From: Mycoplasmoides pneumoniae FH
Lineage (GTDB): Bacteria; Bacillota_I; Bacilli_A; Mycoplasmatales; Mycoplasmoidaceae
Assembly: GCF_001272835.1 (NCBI RefSeq)
Contig: NZ_CP010546.1
Location: 242,809 to 274,808 of the forward strand
DNA length: 32,000 nucleotides
Reading direction: 5' to 3'
Position 1 is the stretch's first letter. Each line of letters starts with the position of its first letter. The notes under the pieces were generated by a model. That model made no database searches. It had not been told where the DNA came from and worked only from the letters and a program-made list of their open reading frames with translations. This document shows, in pieces, positions 8,764 to 20,600 of the stretch. A program made the translations under genes and the position numbers.

Positions 8764-9140
8764 ATAATGAAAGTCCGGGGAAGGCTTTAGATGAATTTTT
8801 CCCTGGTGTTTCATCTGGTTATCTTTTATAAGTTTTAGCACCTGCAATTTTTTATGTTCTTGCACGCGTGTAGCAAACATCTTTTAAGTTTTTTCATTCT
8901 TCAACTTTAATTTCTTCAACAGTTTTCTAGTAGTTGCTTATTTTTCAAACTTAAGTTAGTTAGTTAAGTATTGCCTCTTTTTTTGAAGCAGCTACACTTA
9001 TCAAGTTACTCATATTTTTCTTTTTCATATTTAGACATAGGTTGTGTTAAGGGATTTTTAGGACTATCCATGTAAATATATCTGATAACTTATTTTGATT
9101 TTGTTAGCAATAACAACAAAATCCACATCTAAAGCAAACC

Positions 9141-9173
9141 AAAAAGTCACCTGTTTTTAACGGGTGGCTTTTT
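9141..9173. terminator. Bidirectional terminator-like hairpin inside the ptsG-rpsB spacer
   Basis: AGTCACCTG (9145-9153) pairs with CGGGTGGCT (9161-9169): 9 bp including 2 G-U pairs, with a 7-nt loop. It is flanked by A5 (9141-9145) and T5 (9169-9173). Confidence 0.45.
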
Positions 9174-9190
9174 AATTGTGGAACTGCAAG

Positions 9191-9215
9191 CTCCTTAATA
9201 ATTCTTATTAAGGAG
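9191..9215 (+). promoter_or_regulatory. Perfect 11-bp hairpin whose 3' arm contains a Shine-Dalgarno sequence
   Basis: CTCCTTAATAA (9191-9201), loop TTC, TTATTAAGGAG (9205-9215). The AAGGAGG at 9210-9216 is therefore base-paired to an upstream CTCCTT anti-SD sequence. An ATG follows at 9223. Confidence 0.4.
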
Positions 9216-9320
9216 GATGACAATGTTTGGCTTAACACTTTGGCACAAAAATGGTGTTGGTTAGCAATCATTAATTAAGTTAACTTGCTCTGTTTGGTGC
9301 ATAATGTAAAATTACAAAGC

Positions 9321-10205
9321 ATGTCAGAACTGATTACAACACCTGTAGAAACCACCGCCAAAGCGGAACTCGTTTCCCTAGCTAAGCTCGGGGAAATGCG
9401 TACCCATGTCGGAATGGTTAAGCGTTACTGGAACCCCAAAATGGGCTTTTTTATTGAACCAGAACGCAAGCACAATAACGATCACTTTGTATTAGAGTTA
9501 CAACGTCAATCTTTGCAAACAGCTTACAACTACGTCAAGGAAGTAGCACAAAACAACGGTCAAATTCTCTTCGTTGGTACTAAGAACGATTATGTGAAAA
9601 AACTCGTTAATAATATCGCTAAACGGGTTCATGTTGCTTTTATTACTCAGCGCTGATTGGGTGGTACTTTAACTAACTTTAAAACACTTTCAATTTCAAT
9701 TAATAAACTCAATAAGTTAGTGGAAAAACAAGCGGAAAACGCGGCTGATTTAACTAAAAAGGAAAACTTGATGCTTTCCCGCGAAATTGAACGCTTGGAG
9801 AAGTTCTTTGGCGGGGTAAAATCACTTAAACGTTTACCGAACTTACTAATTGTGGATGACCCGGTATACGAAAAGAATGCGGTAGCGGAGGCTAACAGCT
9901 TGAGAATTCCTGTAGTAGCGTTGTGTAACACTAACACCAATCCGGAATTAGTTGACTTTATTATTCCCGCTAACAACCACCAACCCCAATCAACCTGCTT
10001 GTTGATGAACTTATTAGCTGATGCGGTGGCTGAAGCTAAGGCAATGCCAACCATGTTTGCTTACAAACCGGATGAGGAAATTCAAATTGAAATTCCCCAA
10101 AAACAAGAGGCACCACGCCAAGTTGTAAACCGTGCAAATTCTAAACAAATTACCTCTCAACGGTTAAACATTACTCGCAACCCAGAAGTTCTCACCCGTG
10201 AATAA
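9321..10205 (+). CDS. rpsB: 30S ribosomal protein S2
   Basis: ATG 9321. Track ORFs 9285-9656 and 9657-10205 join at TGA 9654-9656, which falls on the conserved Trp of the S2 motif QRWLGGTLTNF. The product is 294 aa. A CATAAT -10-like hexamer lies at 9300-9305. Confidence 0.93.
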
Positions 10206-12816
10206 GTGAACTGGGTTGAGTGCTGCGGCCGTTTTAGAAAGCCGCGCACAGCATGGTGCTAATTTAATTCCTACAAAAAAATTAACCCCTTTTTGACTAC
10301 TGTTCTTAGAACAGTTCAAGAGCTTAGTGGTGATCTTACTGCTGGTAGCTACCATCCTTTCACTAGTGGTTGCCATTATTAGTGGGGTTAATGCTAACTG
10401 GTTGTTTGACCACAACCTTGTTATTGAGTGAACCCAACCGTTTGTAATTTTGATAACGGTGTTGGCCAACTCCCTGATTGGCTCCATTCAGGAATTTAAA
10501 GCGCAAAAGTCAGCTCACACCTTAAAGTCCCTAACGCAACCCTTTACGCGGGTATTCCGTGAAGAAGGCTTGGTTTCGTTACCGGTGGGTGAAGTTGTTG
10601 TCGGTGACATTATCTTTCTGGAAGCGGGTGATATTATTCCCGCTGACGGGAAGGTGCTGCAAGCGAACCACCTCCGCTGTATGGAGAGCTTTTTAACTGG
10701 TGAATCAGTCCCAGTTGATAAAAGTGTGGTTAACACCGGTGGCAAGGGTTTGTTGGAACAAACAAACCTACTCTTTTCTGGTGCCCAAGTGGTCTTTGGT
10801 AGTGGTGTATTCGAAGTAACTGCTGTGGGGTTAAATACCCAAGTCGGTCAAATTGTCAAAACAGTGGACAGTAGTGCAACTAAGCTATCGCCCCTACAGC
10901 AAAAACTGGAAAAAGTGGGGAAGTGGTTTAGCTGGTTTGGCCTTGGTTTATTCGTTGTCGTTTTCCTAGTGCAGTTAGGGTTACTTGGTTTTCACAACTT
11001 TAGCGCTAACTGATCGATTGCCTTAATTGGTGCAATTGCCTTAGTAGTCGCTATTATCCCTGAGGGCTTAGTGACCTTTATTAACGTCATTTTTGCCTTA
11101 AGTGTGCAGAAGCTCACCAAACAAAAGGCAATTATTAAGTACCTAGCTGCAATCGAAACACTCGGTGGCGTGCAAATCATTTGTACCGACAAAACTGGTA
11201 CTTTAACACAAAACAAGATGAAGGTCGTGGACTATTTCTGTTTTAGTAACACTACCCAAACAGACTTAGCACGTGCTTTGTGTTTGTGCAACAATGCTAC
11301 AGTCAACACTAACGGAGACAGCACCGGTGATCCAACTGAAATTGCCCTTTTGCAATGGTTGGACCGTGATGGTTTGGAATTAAACCACTACACACGCGTG
11401 TACGAAAAGGCATTTGATTCCAACCGCAAGCTTATGAGTGTGGTGGTGCAAAAGGACAACCGTTTTATTGTGATTGTCAAGGGCGCACACGATGTCTTGT
11501 TACCGTTATGTAAGGGCTTGGATAGCAACCAAATTAAGCCTTTAATTGATGAACGTGCTAGCAACGGCTTGCGCAACTTAGCGGTGGGACTCAAGGTTTT
11601 ATACTGCTTTGATCCAGAAAATACCCAAACTGTCAACGAATTGGAAAGCGAACTCGACTTTTTGGGTTTTGTTAGCTTACAAGATCCACCACGAATTGAA
11701 AGTAAAGCTGCCATTATGGCGTGTCACCAAGCCAACATTACCCCAATTATGATCACTGGTGATCACCTCAAAACCGCTACTGCAATTGCCAAAGAATTGG
11801 GCATTCTGACCGATGAAAGGCAAGCCATTTTAGGAGTCGATTTAGACCCCGCTAAAATTATGGAGTACCGCGTCTTTGCCAGAGTAACGCCGCAGCAAAA
11901 GCTAGAAATAGTTAATGCCTGAAAGCAAGCGGGTTACACGGTAGCCGTTACTGGTGATGGGGTCAATGATGCGCCCGCTTTAGTGACTAGTGATGTTGGT
12001 TGTTGTATGGGACAAACGGGGGTTGACATTGCCAAAGATGCCGCTGATGTCATTATTAGCGATGACAACTTTGCCACAATTGTTAACGGGATTGAACAGG
12101 GTCGTAAAACCTTTTTGACCTGTAAACGGGTGTTGTTTAACCTCTTTTTAACCTCAATTGCTGGCACGATTGTCGTGTTATTGGGTTTATTTGTATTAGG
12201 GGAAGTCTTTCGTGAACAACTCAGCAAAGCAAACCATAACTTCCAGGTCTTTACCCCTACGCAACTGCTAATTATTAACCTCTTTGTTCACGGCTTTCCC
12301 GCTGTGGCCTTAGCGATCCAACCCGTCCAGGAAAAACTGATGTTAAAACCGTTTTCCACCAAAAATCTGTTTTACAACCGTGGCGGGTTCGATTTAATCT
12401 GACAATCCTTGCTGTTGAGCTTTTTAACCCTACTTTTCTACAGTTTAGGGATGGTCTATGCCATTAATGATCCGGAGTTAGGCAAATCCGGTGATTTAAT
12501 TAACCGGGCTGGTGCGACCTGTGGTTTTATGGTGTTAGGGGGCAGTGCAGCTTTAAATTCCTTAAACCTAATGGTGGATCGACCATTGGTAGCTACTAAC
12601 CCAAAGCACTATGGCATTGTGTGACTAGGGGCGTTGTCCTCGATCTTTGTCTTCTTATTAATTATTTTCATTAACCCCTTGGGGTTAGTGTTTAGTACAT
12701 TAAAAGACCTTACTGCCCACCCGGTTTTAATTGGTTATAGCTTTGGGGGCGTGCTTTTATATATGACAATTAACGAAGTTGTTAAACTTATTAGGTTAAG
12801 TTATGGGTCTGTTTAA
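10198..12816 (+). CDS. pacL: Cation-transporting P-type ATPase (P2-type)
   Basis: Track ORFs 10450-11013, 11071-11922, 11983-12402, 12409-12624 and 12634-12816 are all in frame 1 and joined by TGA codons. Motifs present: PEGL (IIPEGLV), DKTGTLT phosphorylation site, [14 protein letters not shown]. The conserved N-terminus ([20 protein letters not shown]) lies upstream of the first track ORF. The only start after TAA 10165-10167 is GTG 10198 (MNKWTGLS...), giving 872 aa. The start codon is the least certain part. Confidence 0.88.
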
Positions 12817-15229
12817 CTTCTTGAAGTTAGTCTCCCCGCGTCATCGGATTTACCATAAGGCAAGTAAGATTGCCAACGAAGTCGAGGGACACAAAAATTA
12901 CTACCGCAACCTCACTGATGTACAGCTGCTGGAAGAGTCCAATAAGCTAGTGGATTTAGTGACAAAGCAAAACTACACCATTTTGGATGTGGCGGTGGCT
13001 GCTTTGGCCTTAATTCGCGAAGTGGTCTACCGTGAAACCGGGGAGTTTGCTTACAGAGTGCAAATTATTGGTGCTTACATCGTCTTGATCGGTGACTTTG
13101 CTGAAATGATGACTGGGGAAGGGAAAACCCTGACCATTGTTTTAGCAGCCTATGTCTCGGCGTTAGAAAAACGCGGTGTCCATGTGGTTACGGTCAATGA
13201 ATACCTAGCGCAGCGGGATGCTACTAACGCCACCAAGATCTTAAAGCGTGTTGGCATGACCGTTGGTTGTAACTTTGCTAACCTAGCACCACATTTAAAG
13301 CAAGCCGCGTTTGCTTGTGATGTAACTTACACCACTAACAGTGAACTCGGTTTTGATTATCTCAGGGACAATATGGTGCACCGCTTTGAGGACAAGAAGA
13401 TCCGCGAGTTGCACTTTGCGATAGTAGACGAAGGCGATTCGGTTCTCATTGATGAAGCGCGCACCCCTTTAATTATTTCTGGTCCTGCCAAAAACGAGTT
13501 TGCAGCATACGTGGCTGTTGATCGCTTTGTCAAAAAGCTCAAGGAAGACGAGTACAAGATTGACCCCGAATCACGTGCCCCCGCTTTAACAGAACTTGGC
13601 ATTAAGCACGCGGAAAAGAACTTTAAAACCGATAACCTGTTTGCGCTAGAAAACAGTGACCTGTTCCACAAGATTATTAACGCTTTAACCGCCGTTAAAG
13701 TTTTTGAGCAGGGCAAGGAGTACATTGTGCGTGATGGTAAGGTGTTAATTGTGGACCACTTTACTGGCCGAATCCTGGAGGGCAGGAGCTACAGTAATGG
13801 GCTCCACCAAGCGGTTCAGGCCAAGGAAATGGTCGAAATTGAACCAGAAAATGTGATAGTAGCTACGATTACCTACCAATCGTTTTTCCGTCTGTACAAC
13901 CGGTTGTCAGCGGTATCGGGTACCGCTTTTACTGAATCGGAGGAATTCCTCAAGATTTACAACATGGTGGTAGTACCCGTACCTACTAACCGACCCAATA
14001 TCCGCAAAGACCGTGCTGACAGCGTCTTTGGTACGCCCAACATTAAGTGGCTAGCAGTGGTCAAGGAAGTCAAACGGATCCACGAAACCGGGCGACCAAT
14101 CCTAATTGGGACCGCCAACATTGATGACTCGGAACTACTTCACAACTACCTCCAAGAAGCCAACATTCCCCACGAAGTTCTCAACGCCAAGAACCACTCT
14201 CGGGAAGCGGAAATAGTCGCTAAGGCGGGCCAAAAAGGGGCGGTGACCATTTCTACCAATATGGCGGGAAGAGGTACTGACATTCGTTTAGGTGAAGGGG
14301 TCGCTGAAATGGGCGGGTTGTATGTCCTTGGTACGGAACGCAACGAATCGCGCCGGATTGACAACCAACTGCGCGGTCGGGCGGGTCGGCAAGGCGATCG
14401 CGGTGAGACCAAGTTCTTTATCTCCTTGGGTGATGCCCTGTTCAAACGCTTTGCCCATGACCGGATTGAACGCGCCATTACTAAGTTAGGGAACGATACC
14501 TTTGACAGCTCCTTCTTTTCCAAGATGTTAAGCCGTACCCAAAAACGGGTCGAAGCAATTAACTTTGACACCAGAAAGAACTTAATTGATTATGACCATG
14601 TGTTGGCCAGTCAACGGGAATTGATCTACAAACAACGCGATAAGTTCTTATTAGCCACTGATCTCAGTGACATGATCGACAAGATGTTGGAAAAGTTTGT
14701 CGAGCAGTTCTGTGACCAGTACCGCAACCCTAAGAACCAAAACCTCGTTAACCACATTGCTTTATCAGAGGCCTTAAACCTGGAATTAAACATGCACGGT
14801 GTTATTAGTCCGAAGCTGTTTGAAAACATGACTTTTGATGCGACTGTCCATAAAACCCACAGTTTAATTGGTGAAAAGATTACCAATAAGGTCAAGGTCT
14901 TAACCCCCCCAATTGCCCTCATCCGTTTTCGTGAAATTATGATCACAGCAATGGACAAGCACTGAATCGAACACTTAGACAATGTCTTTAAGCTCAGGGA
15001 AGGGGTTACCTTGCGCTCGATGGAACAAACGAGTCCCCTCAACGTTTACATTCGCGAAACCGACATCTTGTTCCAAACAATGTTGCAAAAGATTGCTCGG
15101 GACGTCATTATCCAAATTGCTAACTTAGCGACTCCCGAAGAGTTTGATGAGGAACTAATGAAGGCTAACGCCTTGAAGAAGTTGCAAGCACTTAGAGAAG
15201 CTCATGAAAAGTCCAACCAAGGACAGTAA
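12803..15229 (+). CDS. secA: Preprotein translocase ATPase SecA
   Basis: Track ORFs 12803-14965 and 15011-15229 are in the same frame, joined through TGA 14963-14965 (DKHWIEHLDNVFKLREGVTLRS...). Walker A motif MMTGEGKT and DEAD-like motif IVDEGDSVLIDEARTPLIISG are present. The product is 808 aa. Confidence 0.95.
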
Positions 15230-17177
15230 ACTGTTCCACCTCAAGAGTAACTTTGCCCCCACTGGGGACCAACCAGCGGCGATTGCTAAGTTAGCTGAGT
15301 TTCAAACCAATGAACAGGTCTTACTCGGTGCTACGGGTACCGGTAAGACCTTTACGATTGCCAACGTTATTCAAAAGGTACAACTGCCTACAGTAGTGAT
15401 TGCCCACAATAAAACGTTAGCGGGACAGCTTTATCAGGAGTTGAAGGAGTTATTCCCTAATAATGCGGTGGAGTACTTCATCTCCTACTTTGACTTTTAC
15501 CAACCAGAGGCTTATCTGCCCGCTAAGGGGGTTTACATTGAAAAGAGTGCAACTGTTAACGAAGAGATTAAACGGTTACGAGTGTCCACCTTACATTCAC
15601 TCTCTACCCGCAAGGATGTGATTGTGGTGGGTTCGGTAGCCAGTATTTACCCAACTTCTTCTCCCGCTGATTTCGCCCAGTACTCGCTCTGGTTAGTAGT
15701 TGGTAAGGAATACGGTTTAAGTGAGTTAAAAACGCAGTTAATTCACCTAAACTATGTTGTTAATAAACAACAGTTAACTCCGGGAAAGTTCCGCTTTCAG
15801 GGCGATGTTGTTGAAGTGTTTCCTGGTTATGCGCAGGATTATGTCTTGCGGCTTTCCTTCTTTGACCAGCAACTAGAACAAATTGCTCGCATCGATCCCT
15901 TAACTAACAAGGTATTGGAAACCCTTAACAGCTTTAAGTTAGGTCCCGCTGATGAGTACATAGTAAACCAAAATGACTTAGGAGTAGCCTTAGACACGAT
16001 TAAGGCCGAACTCAAAGATCGCTTAAAGTACTTTGAACGGTTAAACTTCCCCGAACGTGCCCAGCGCTTACAAACGATTACCGAACACGATTTAGCAGAT
16101 CTGAAGGCCTGGGGGGTATGTAGTGGCGTGGAAAACTATGCGCGGCATTTAGAACACCGCCCACCGCACTCCAAGCCGTATAACATCTTTGATTACTTTA
16201 CTAAAGGTGAATGGCTATTGGTAGTTGATGAATCCCACCAAACGCTACCGCAAATTAAGGGGATGTACAACACCGATATTTCACGGAAACAAAGCCTAAT
16301 TGAGTACGGTTTTCGCCTCCCTTCAGCTTTAGACAACCGTCCTTTATCCTATGAGGAATTCCGCCAGGGAATCAACAAGGTCATTTATGTATCCGCTACC
16401 CCTAGGGAAGAGGAAATTCAGTTAAGTCACAACAACGTGGTCGAACAGTTAGTGCGTCCCACCTACCTCTTGGACCCGGAAGTGATTGTGAAACCGAAGG
16501 ACAACCAGGTTGAAGACCTAGTGAGTGAAATCATTAACCAAAGAAAACACAACGGTCGTACCTTTGTCACGGTGTTAACGATTAAGATGGCGGAAAACCT
16601 GACTGACTTTTTGAAGGAGCGCAACATTAAGGTAGCGTACATCCACAAGGATATTAAAGCCTTGGAACGTTTAATTCTGTTAACGGATTTACGCAAAGGT
16701 GAGTATGAGTGTTTAGTGGGGATTAACTTACTGCGAGAAGGTTTAGATGTTCCTGAAGTTTCACTCGTAGCCATCTTTGACGCTGACATTCCTGGATTAC
16801 CACGCGATGAGCGCAGTTTAATCCAGATAATTGGCCGCGCTGCGCGAAACGTTCATGGCCGGGTGATTATGTATGCCAATACCATTAGCGAACAAATGGA
16901 TAAGGCGATTAAGGAAACGCAACGCCGGCGCACCATCCAAATGGCTTACAACGAACAACACCACAAAACACCAATGACGGTGCAAAAACCAATTACCTTA
17001 AACCAGCCGATTAAGTTAAAGACCAAAAGCTCAGAGCAGCAAAAAGCTGCTTTAATTAAGCAGCTAACCAAGGAAATGAAGCAAGCAGCCGCTAACCAAA
17101 ACTATGAGTTAGCGATTGAGATCCGCGACTCGATCTTTGAATTGGAAAAGCAATTTCGTGGTAAAATTAAGAGCTAG
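15204..17177 (+). CDS. uvrB: Excinuclease ABC subunit B
   Basis: Single 657-aa ORF. It has the N-terminal FAPTGDQPAAI motif, Walker A GATGTGKT, helicase motifs (VVDESHQT, GINLLREGLDVPEVSLVAI, QIIGRAARN) and a C-terminal UVR-type motif (YELAIEIRDSIFELE). Confidence 0.95.
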   Translation: MKSPTKDSKLFHLKSNFAPTGDQPAAIAKLAEFQTNEQVLLGATGTGKTFTIANVIQKVQLPTVVIAHNKTLAGQLYQELKELFPNNAVEYFISYFDFYQPEAYLPAKGVYIEKSATVNEEIKRLRVSTLHSLSTRKDVIVVGSVASIYPTSSPADFAQYSLWLVVGKEYGLSELKTQLIHLNYVVNKQQLTPGKFRFQGDVVEVFPGYAQDYVLRLSFFDQQLEQIARIDPLTNKVLETLNSFKLGPADEYIVNQNDLGVALDTIKAELKDRLKYFERLNFPERAQRLQTITEHDLADLKAWGVCSGVENYARHLEHRPPHSKPYNIFDYFTKGEWLLVVDESHQTLPQIKGMYNTDISRKQSLIEYGFRLPSALDNRPLSYEEFRQGINKVIYVSATPREEEIQLSHNNVVEQLVRPTYLLDPEVIVKPKDNQVEDLVSEIINQRKHNGRTFVTVLTIKMAENLTDFLKERNIKVAYIHKDIKALERLILLTDLRKGEYECLVGINLLREGLDVPEVSLVAIFDADIPGLPRDERSLIQIIGRAARNVHGRVIMYANTISEQMDKAIKETQRRRTIQMAYNEQHHKTPMTVQKPITLNQPIKLKTKSSEQQKAALIKQLTKEMKQAAANQNYELAIEIRDSIFELEKQFRGKIKS

Positions 17178-17179
17178 CA

Positions 17180-17587
17180 ATGCGTAAACTAATTAAATTA
17201 AACGTCATTGTCTTTGTCTTGTTGTACTTGGGCGAGCTGTTTGCCAGCCTTTCGTTCAAGTTAATCAGTTGCCTCAAGACACGCAACCAGTACTCCTTAA
17301 ACGGGTACTATGCGTTGTTTGTCTTTGTCAACATCATCCAAAAGATGGCTAACTCTTTCCAAAAGTTAGCTTCCTCAGTTGTGTTGTTTGAAACTGAAAT
17401 TAACGAATTTTTAGTTCTCTTTACTGATACAAAGAATAAGCGTGAGGAGAGTGAACCAGTGCGCCAGGTGTCAACAACCCAAGAGTATCACCAGGTTACG
17501 CTCGACCAACAACACTACTTTAACCACAAACTGAGCGATTACTTCCGTTTGTTTAAGGACAAAACTTTCTTCTTTGAAATTATCTAG
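17180..17587 (+). CDS. Hypothetical 135-aa (about 16 kDa) protein with an N-terminal hydrophobic helix, upstream partner of P116
   Basis: The ORF starts 2 nt after the uvrB stop. The N-terminal sequence LNVIVFVLLYLGELFASLSF is hydrophobic. I recognise no family. I recall a 16-kDa ORF reported as co-transcribed with the 116-kDa antigen gene. Confidence 0.7.
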   Translation: MRKLIKLNVIVFVLLYLGELFASLSFKLISCLKTRNQYSLNGYYALFVFVNIIQKMANSFQKLASSVVLFETEINEFLVLFTDTKNKREESEPVRQVSTTQEYHQVTLDQQHYFNHKLSDYFRLFKDKTFFFEII

Positions 17588-17651
17588 TTACTAAATTGAC
17601 CTGAATTGCAACCTTTCAGGCACTTTTTACTGTTAGTAACTAGTCTTTTTT
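17585..17651 (+). terminator. Nested hairpin / partial-terminator-like element between orf135 and P116
   Basis: Outer 10-bp stem: TAGTTACTAA (17585-17594, includes the orf135 stop codon) pairs with TTAGTAACTA (17633-17642), followed by GTC and T6 (17646-17651). Inner stem: CCTGAA (17600-17605) pairs with TTCAGG (17615-17620), followed by CAC and T5 (17624-17628). Confidence 0.4.
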
Positions 17652-17691
17652 CATTTCAATATTTAAGTTTTTAATTTAACCAATTTTTACT

Positions 17692-20600
17692 ATGAAGCTT
17701 AGTGCTATTATCTCCCTATCAGTCGCTGGTACTGTGGGAACAACTGCGGTGGTAGTACCTACAACTATAACGCTTGTAAATAAGACCCACCAAGTAGAAC
17801 ATGAATCAGAACAATCGGATTTTCAAGATATTCGCTTTGGTCTTAATAGTGTTAAGTTGCCAAAAGCACAGCCAGCTGCGGCAACTAGAATTACCGTGGA
17901 AAACGGGACTGATAAATTAGTCAACTATAAGTCCTCACCACAACAACTCTTTTTAGCGAAGAACGCGCTTAAGGATAAACTCCAAGGTGAGTTTGATAAA
18001 TTCCTAAGTGATGCGAAGGCCTTCCCAGCGCTAACCGCTGATTTACAGGAATGGGTTGACCAACAGCTGTTTAATCCAAACCAAAGTTTCTTTGATTTAA
18101 GTGCGCCCAGGTCAAACTTTACCCTTTCATCTGACAAAAAGGCTAGTTTAGACTTTATCTTCCGCTTTACTAACTTCACCGAATCCGTTCAGTTGTTAAA
18201 ACTACCAGAAGGTGTATCGGTTGTAGTTGACTCCAAACAAAGCTTTGATTACTATGTCAATGCTAGTGCCCAAAAATTATTAGTTCTACCGCTGTCTTTA
18301 CCAGATTACACTTTGGGTTTAAACTATATGTTTGACCACATTACTTTAAACGGTAAGGTTGTCAATAAATTTAGTTTTAATCCGTTCAAAACGAATTTAA
18401 ACCTCGCCTTTAGCAACGTTTACAATGGCGTTGATGTGTTTGAAGCACAAAAGAATTTAGTAGGTAAGGGTAAATACCTCAACACCCACGTGAAGGCTGA
18501 AGACGTAAAGAAGGACGTTAATGCCAACATTAAAAACCAATTTGACATTGCCAAAATTATCGCTGAGCTAATGGGTAAAGCCCTTAAAGAATTTGGCAAT
18601 CAACAAGAAGGTCAACCATTATCCTTCCTAAAGGTAATGGATAAAGTTAAAGAAGATTTTGAAAAACTGTTTAACTTAGTCCGTCCTGGATTGGGTAAAT
18701 TTGTTAAGGACTTAATCCAAAGTAGTAGTCAAGCAGAAAACAAGATAACTGTCTACAAGTTAATCTTTGACAACAAAAAGACCATCTTAAACCTACTTAA
18801 AGAGCTTTCCATTCCGGAATTAAACTCTTCTTTAGGTTTAGTGGACGTCTTGTTTGATGTCATTACTGACTCTGATGGTCTCTATGAAAGGTTGCAATCT
18901 TTCAAAGACTTAATCGTTCCAGCAGTTAAAACGAATGAAAAAACCGCGGCTTTAAGTCCATTAATTGAAGAGTTATTAACCCAAAAGGATACCTATGTGT
19001 TTGACTTAATTCAAAAACACAAGGGTATCTTGACTAACTTGTTAAAGAACTTCTTAGCTGATTTCCAAAAATCAACGCCGTTTATGGCTGATCAAGTAGC
19101 CATCTTCACTGAGTTATTTGACAACGAAGGTGCGTTTGATTTATTTGGTGAGGCTGACTTTGTTGACAAGATTGCCGAACTCTTCTTAACAAAGCGTACT
19201 GTTAAAAATGGTGAAAAAATTGAAACTAAAGATTCCCTACTGGTAACATCATTAAAGAGTCTTTTAGGGGAAAAGGTAGCTGCCTTAGATGATTTGTTAG
19301 ATAGCTACATCTTTAAAAATGAATTACTTAACCGCAGTGTAGAAGTGGCTAAGGCTGAAGCTAAGGACACTAAAGGTGCTACCGATTACAAAAAGGAACA
19401 AGCTAAGGCGCTCAAAAAACTCTTTAAACACATTGGTGAAAACACTTTAAGTAAAACCAATCTCGATAAAATCACCTTAAAAGAAGTTAAAAACACCGAA
19501 AATGTTGAATTAGAAGAAACTGAAACAACCTTAAAGGTTAAAAAACTCGATGTTGAATACAAGGTAGAACTTGGCAACTTTGAAATCAAGAATGGCTTGA
19601 TTAAGGCAATGCTCGAATTCTTGCCAGACCCTAAAGATTTAGAAACAACTTTAGATAAACTCTTGTTCAAAGGGGAAAGCTACAAAGCGATGAAAGACAA
19701 GTACATCAAGGAAGGTTTCCCTGGTTATGGTTGGGCTAAAGGAGTAGTCCCTGGGGCCTTTGAATCTATTGAAAATACTTTTAAGAGTGCTATTGATAAA
19801 ACCAAGTCCATTCGTGATCTCTTTGGCGACATGCTCTTTGGTAACGATTTAAGCAGCGTTAAAGAAACTGATTCATTCATCACCCTAGGTGGTTCGTTCG
19901 ACATTAAGTATGGCGGTGAAAATCTCAATGTGTTGCCAGCTTACTACTCTTTAATTAACAGCGAAATTGGCTATCAAATTATTGGTGTAGATACCACAAT
20001 TGATGCAACTAAGGTAAAAGTTGAATTAAAAAACAAAGAGTATAAGGGTAAATCGCCAGCTATTAACGGTCAGGTGAAGTTGTCACAATCATTCTTTAAT
20101 GTTTGGACAAATATGTTTGACAGCATTACCAAACAAATCTTCCAAAAGAAATACGAGTTCAAAGATAACATCCAAGTGTTTGCGCGAAACGAAGATAACA
20201 CATCACGTTTAGAACTTGACATTTCTGATCCTGAACAACGGGTAATTCCATTTGCTTTTGTTGATGGCTTTGGCATTCAACTCAAAGCAGTTGACAAAAA
20301 CATTACGAAAGAAGCAGGTAATACTGAGCCAAAATCTCCTGTAATTCAACTTTATGAGGCACTTAATAAAGAAAAAGATCAAAAACAACAAAGTAAACAA
20401 TCTCCAAAACAACTTGATACTAAAACACAGTTGGGTTACCTATTGAAATTAGGCGACAATTGGAGTAAAGATGATTACAAAAGCTTAATTGATGATACGA
20501 TCATCAATAACAACTATTTAGAGGCCAGCTTTAATTCCAAGATAACGGTTGATCGCTTGGGTATTCCTATTGACCTTTGATTGTTTAAGATTTGACCTAA

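Noticed and set aside
8769-8780. GAAAGTCCGGGG, reminiscent of the RNase P RNA CR-I motif (GAGGAAAGTCC)
   Set aside because: The surrounding ~380 nt is very AT-rich. It lacks the other conserved RNase P elements I looked for (an ACAGAA-type CR-IV/V segment and P4 pairing partners). I treat it as a chance match.
8680-8880. 66-aa minus-strand ORF at the ptsG 3' end
   Set aside because: It overlaps the ptsG coding end and reads through the ptsG terminator hairpin. I recognise no family. It may be a relic, but it is not supportable as a gene.
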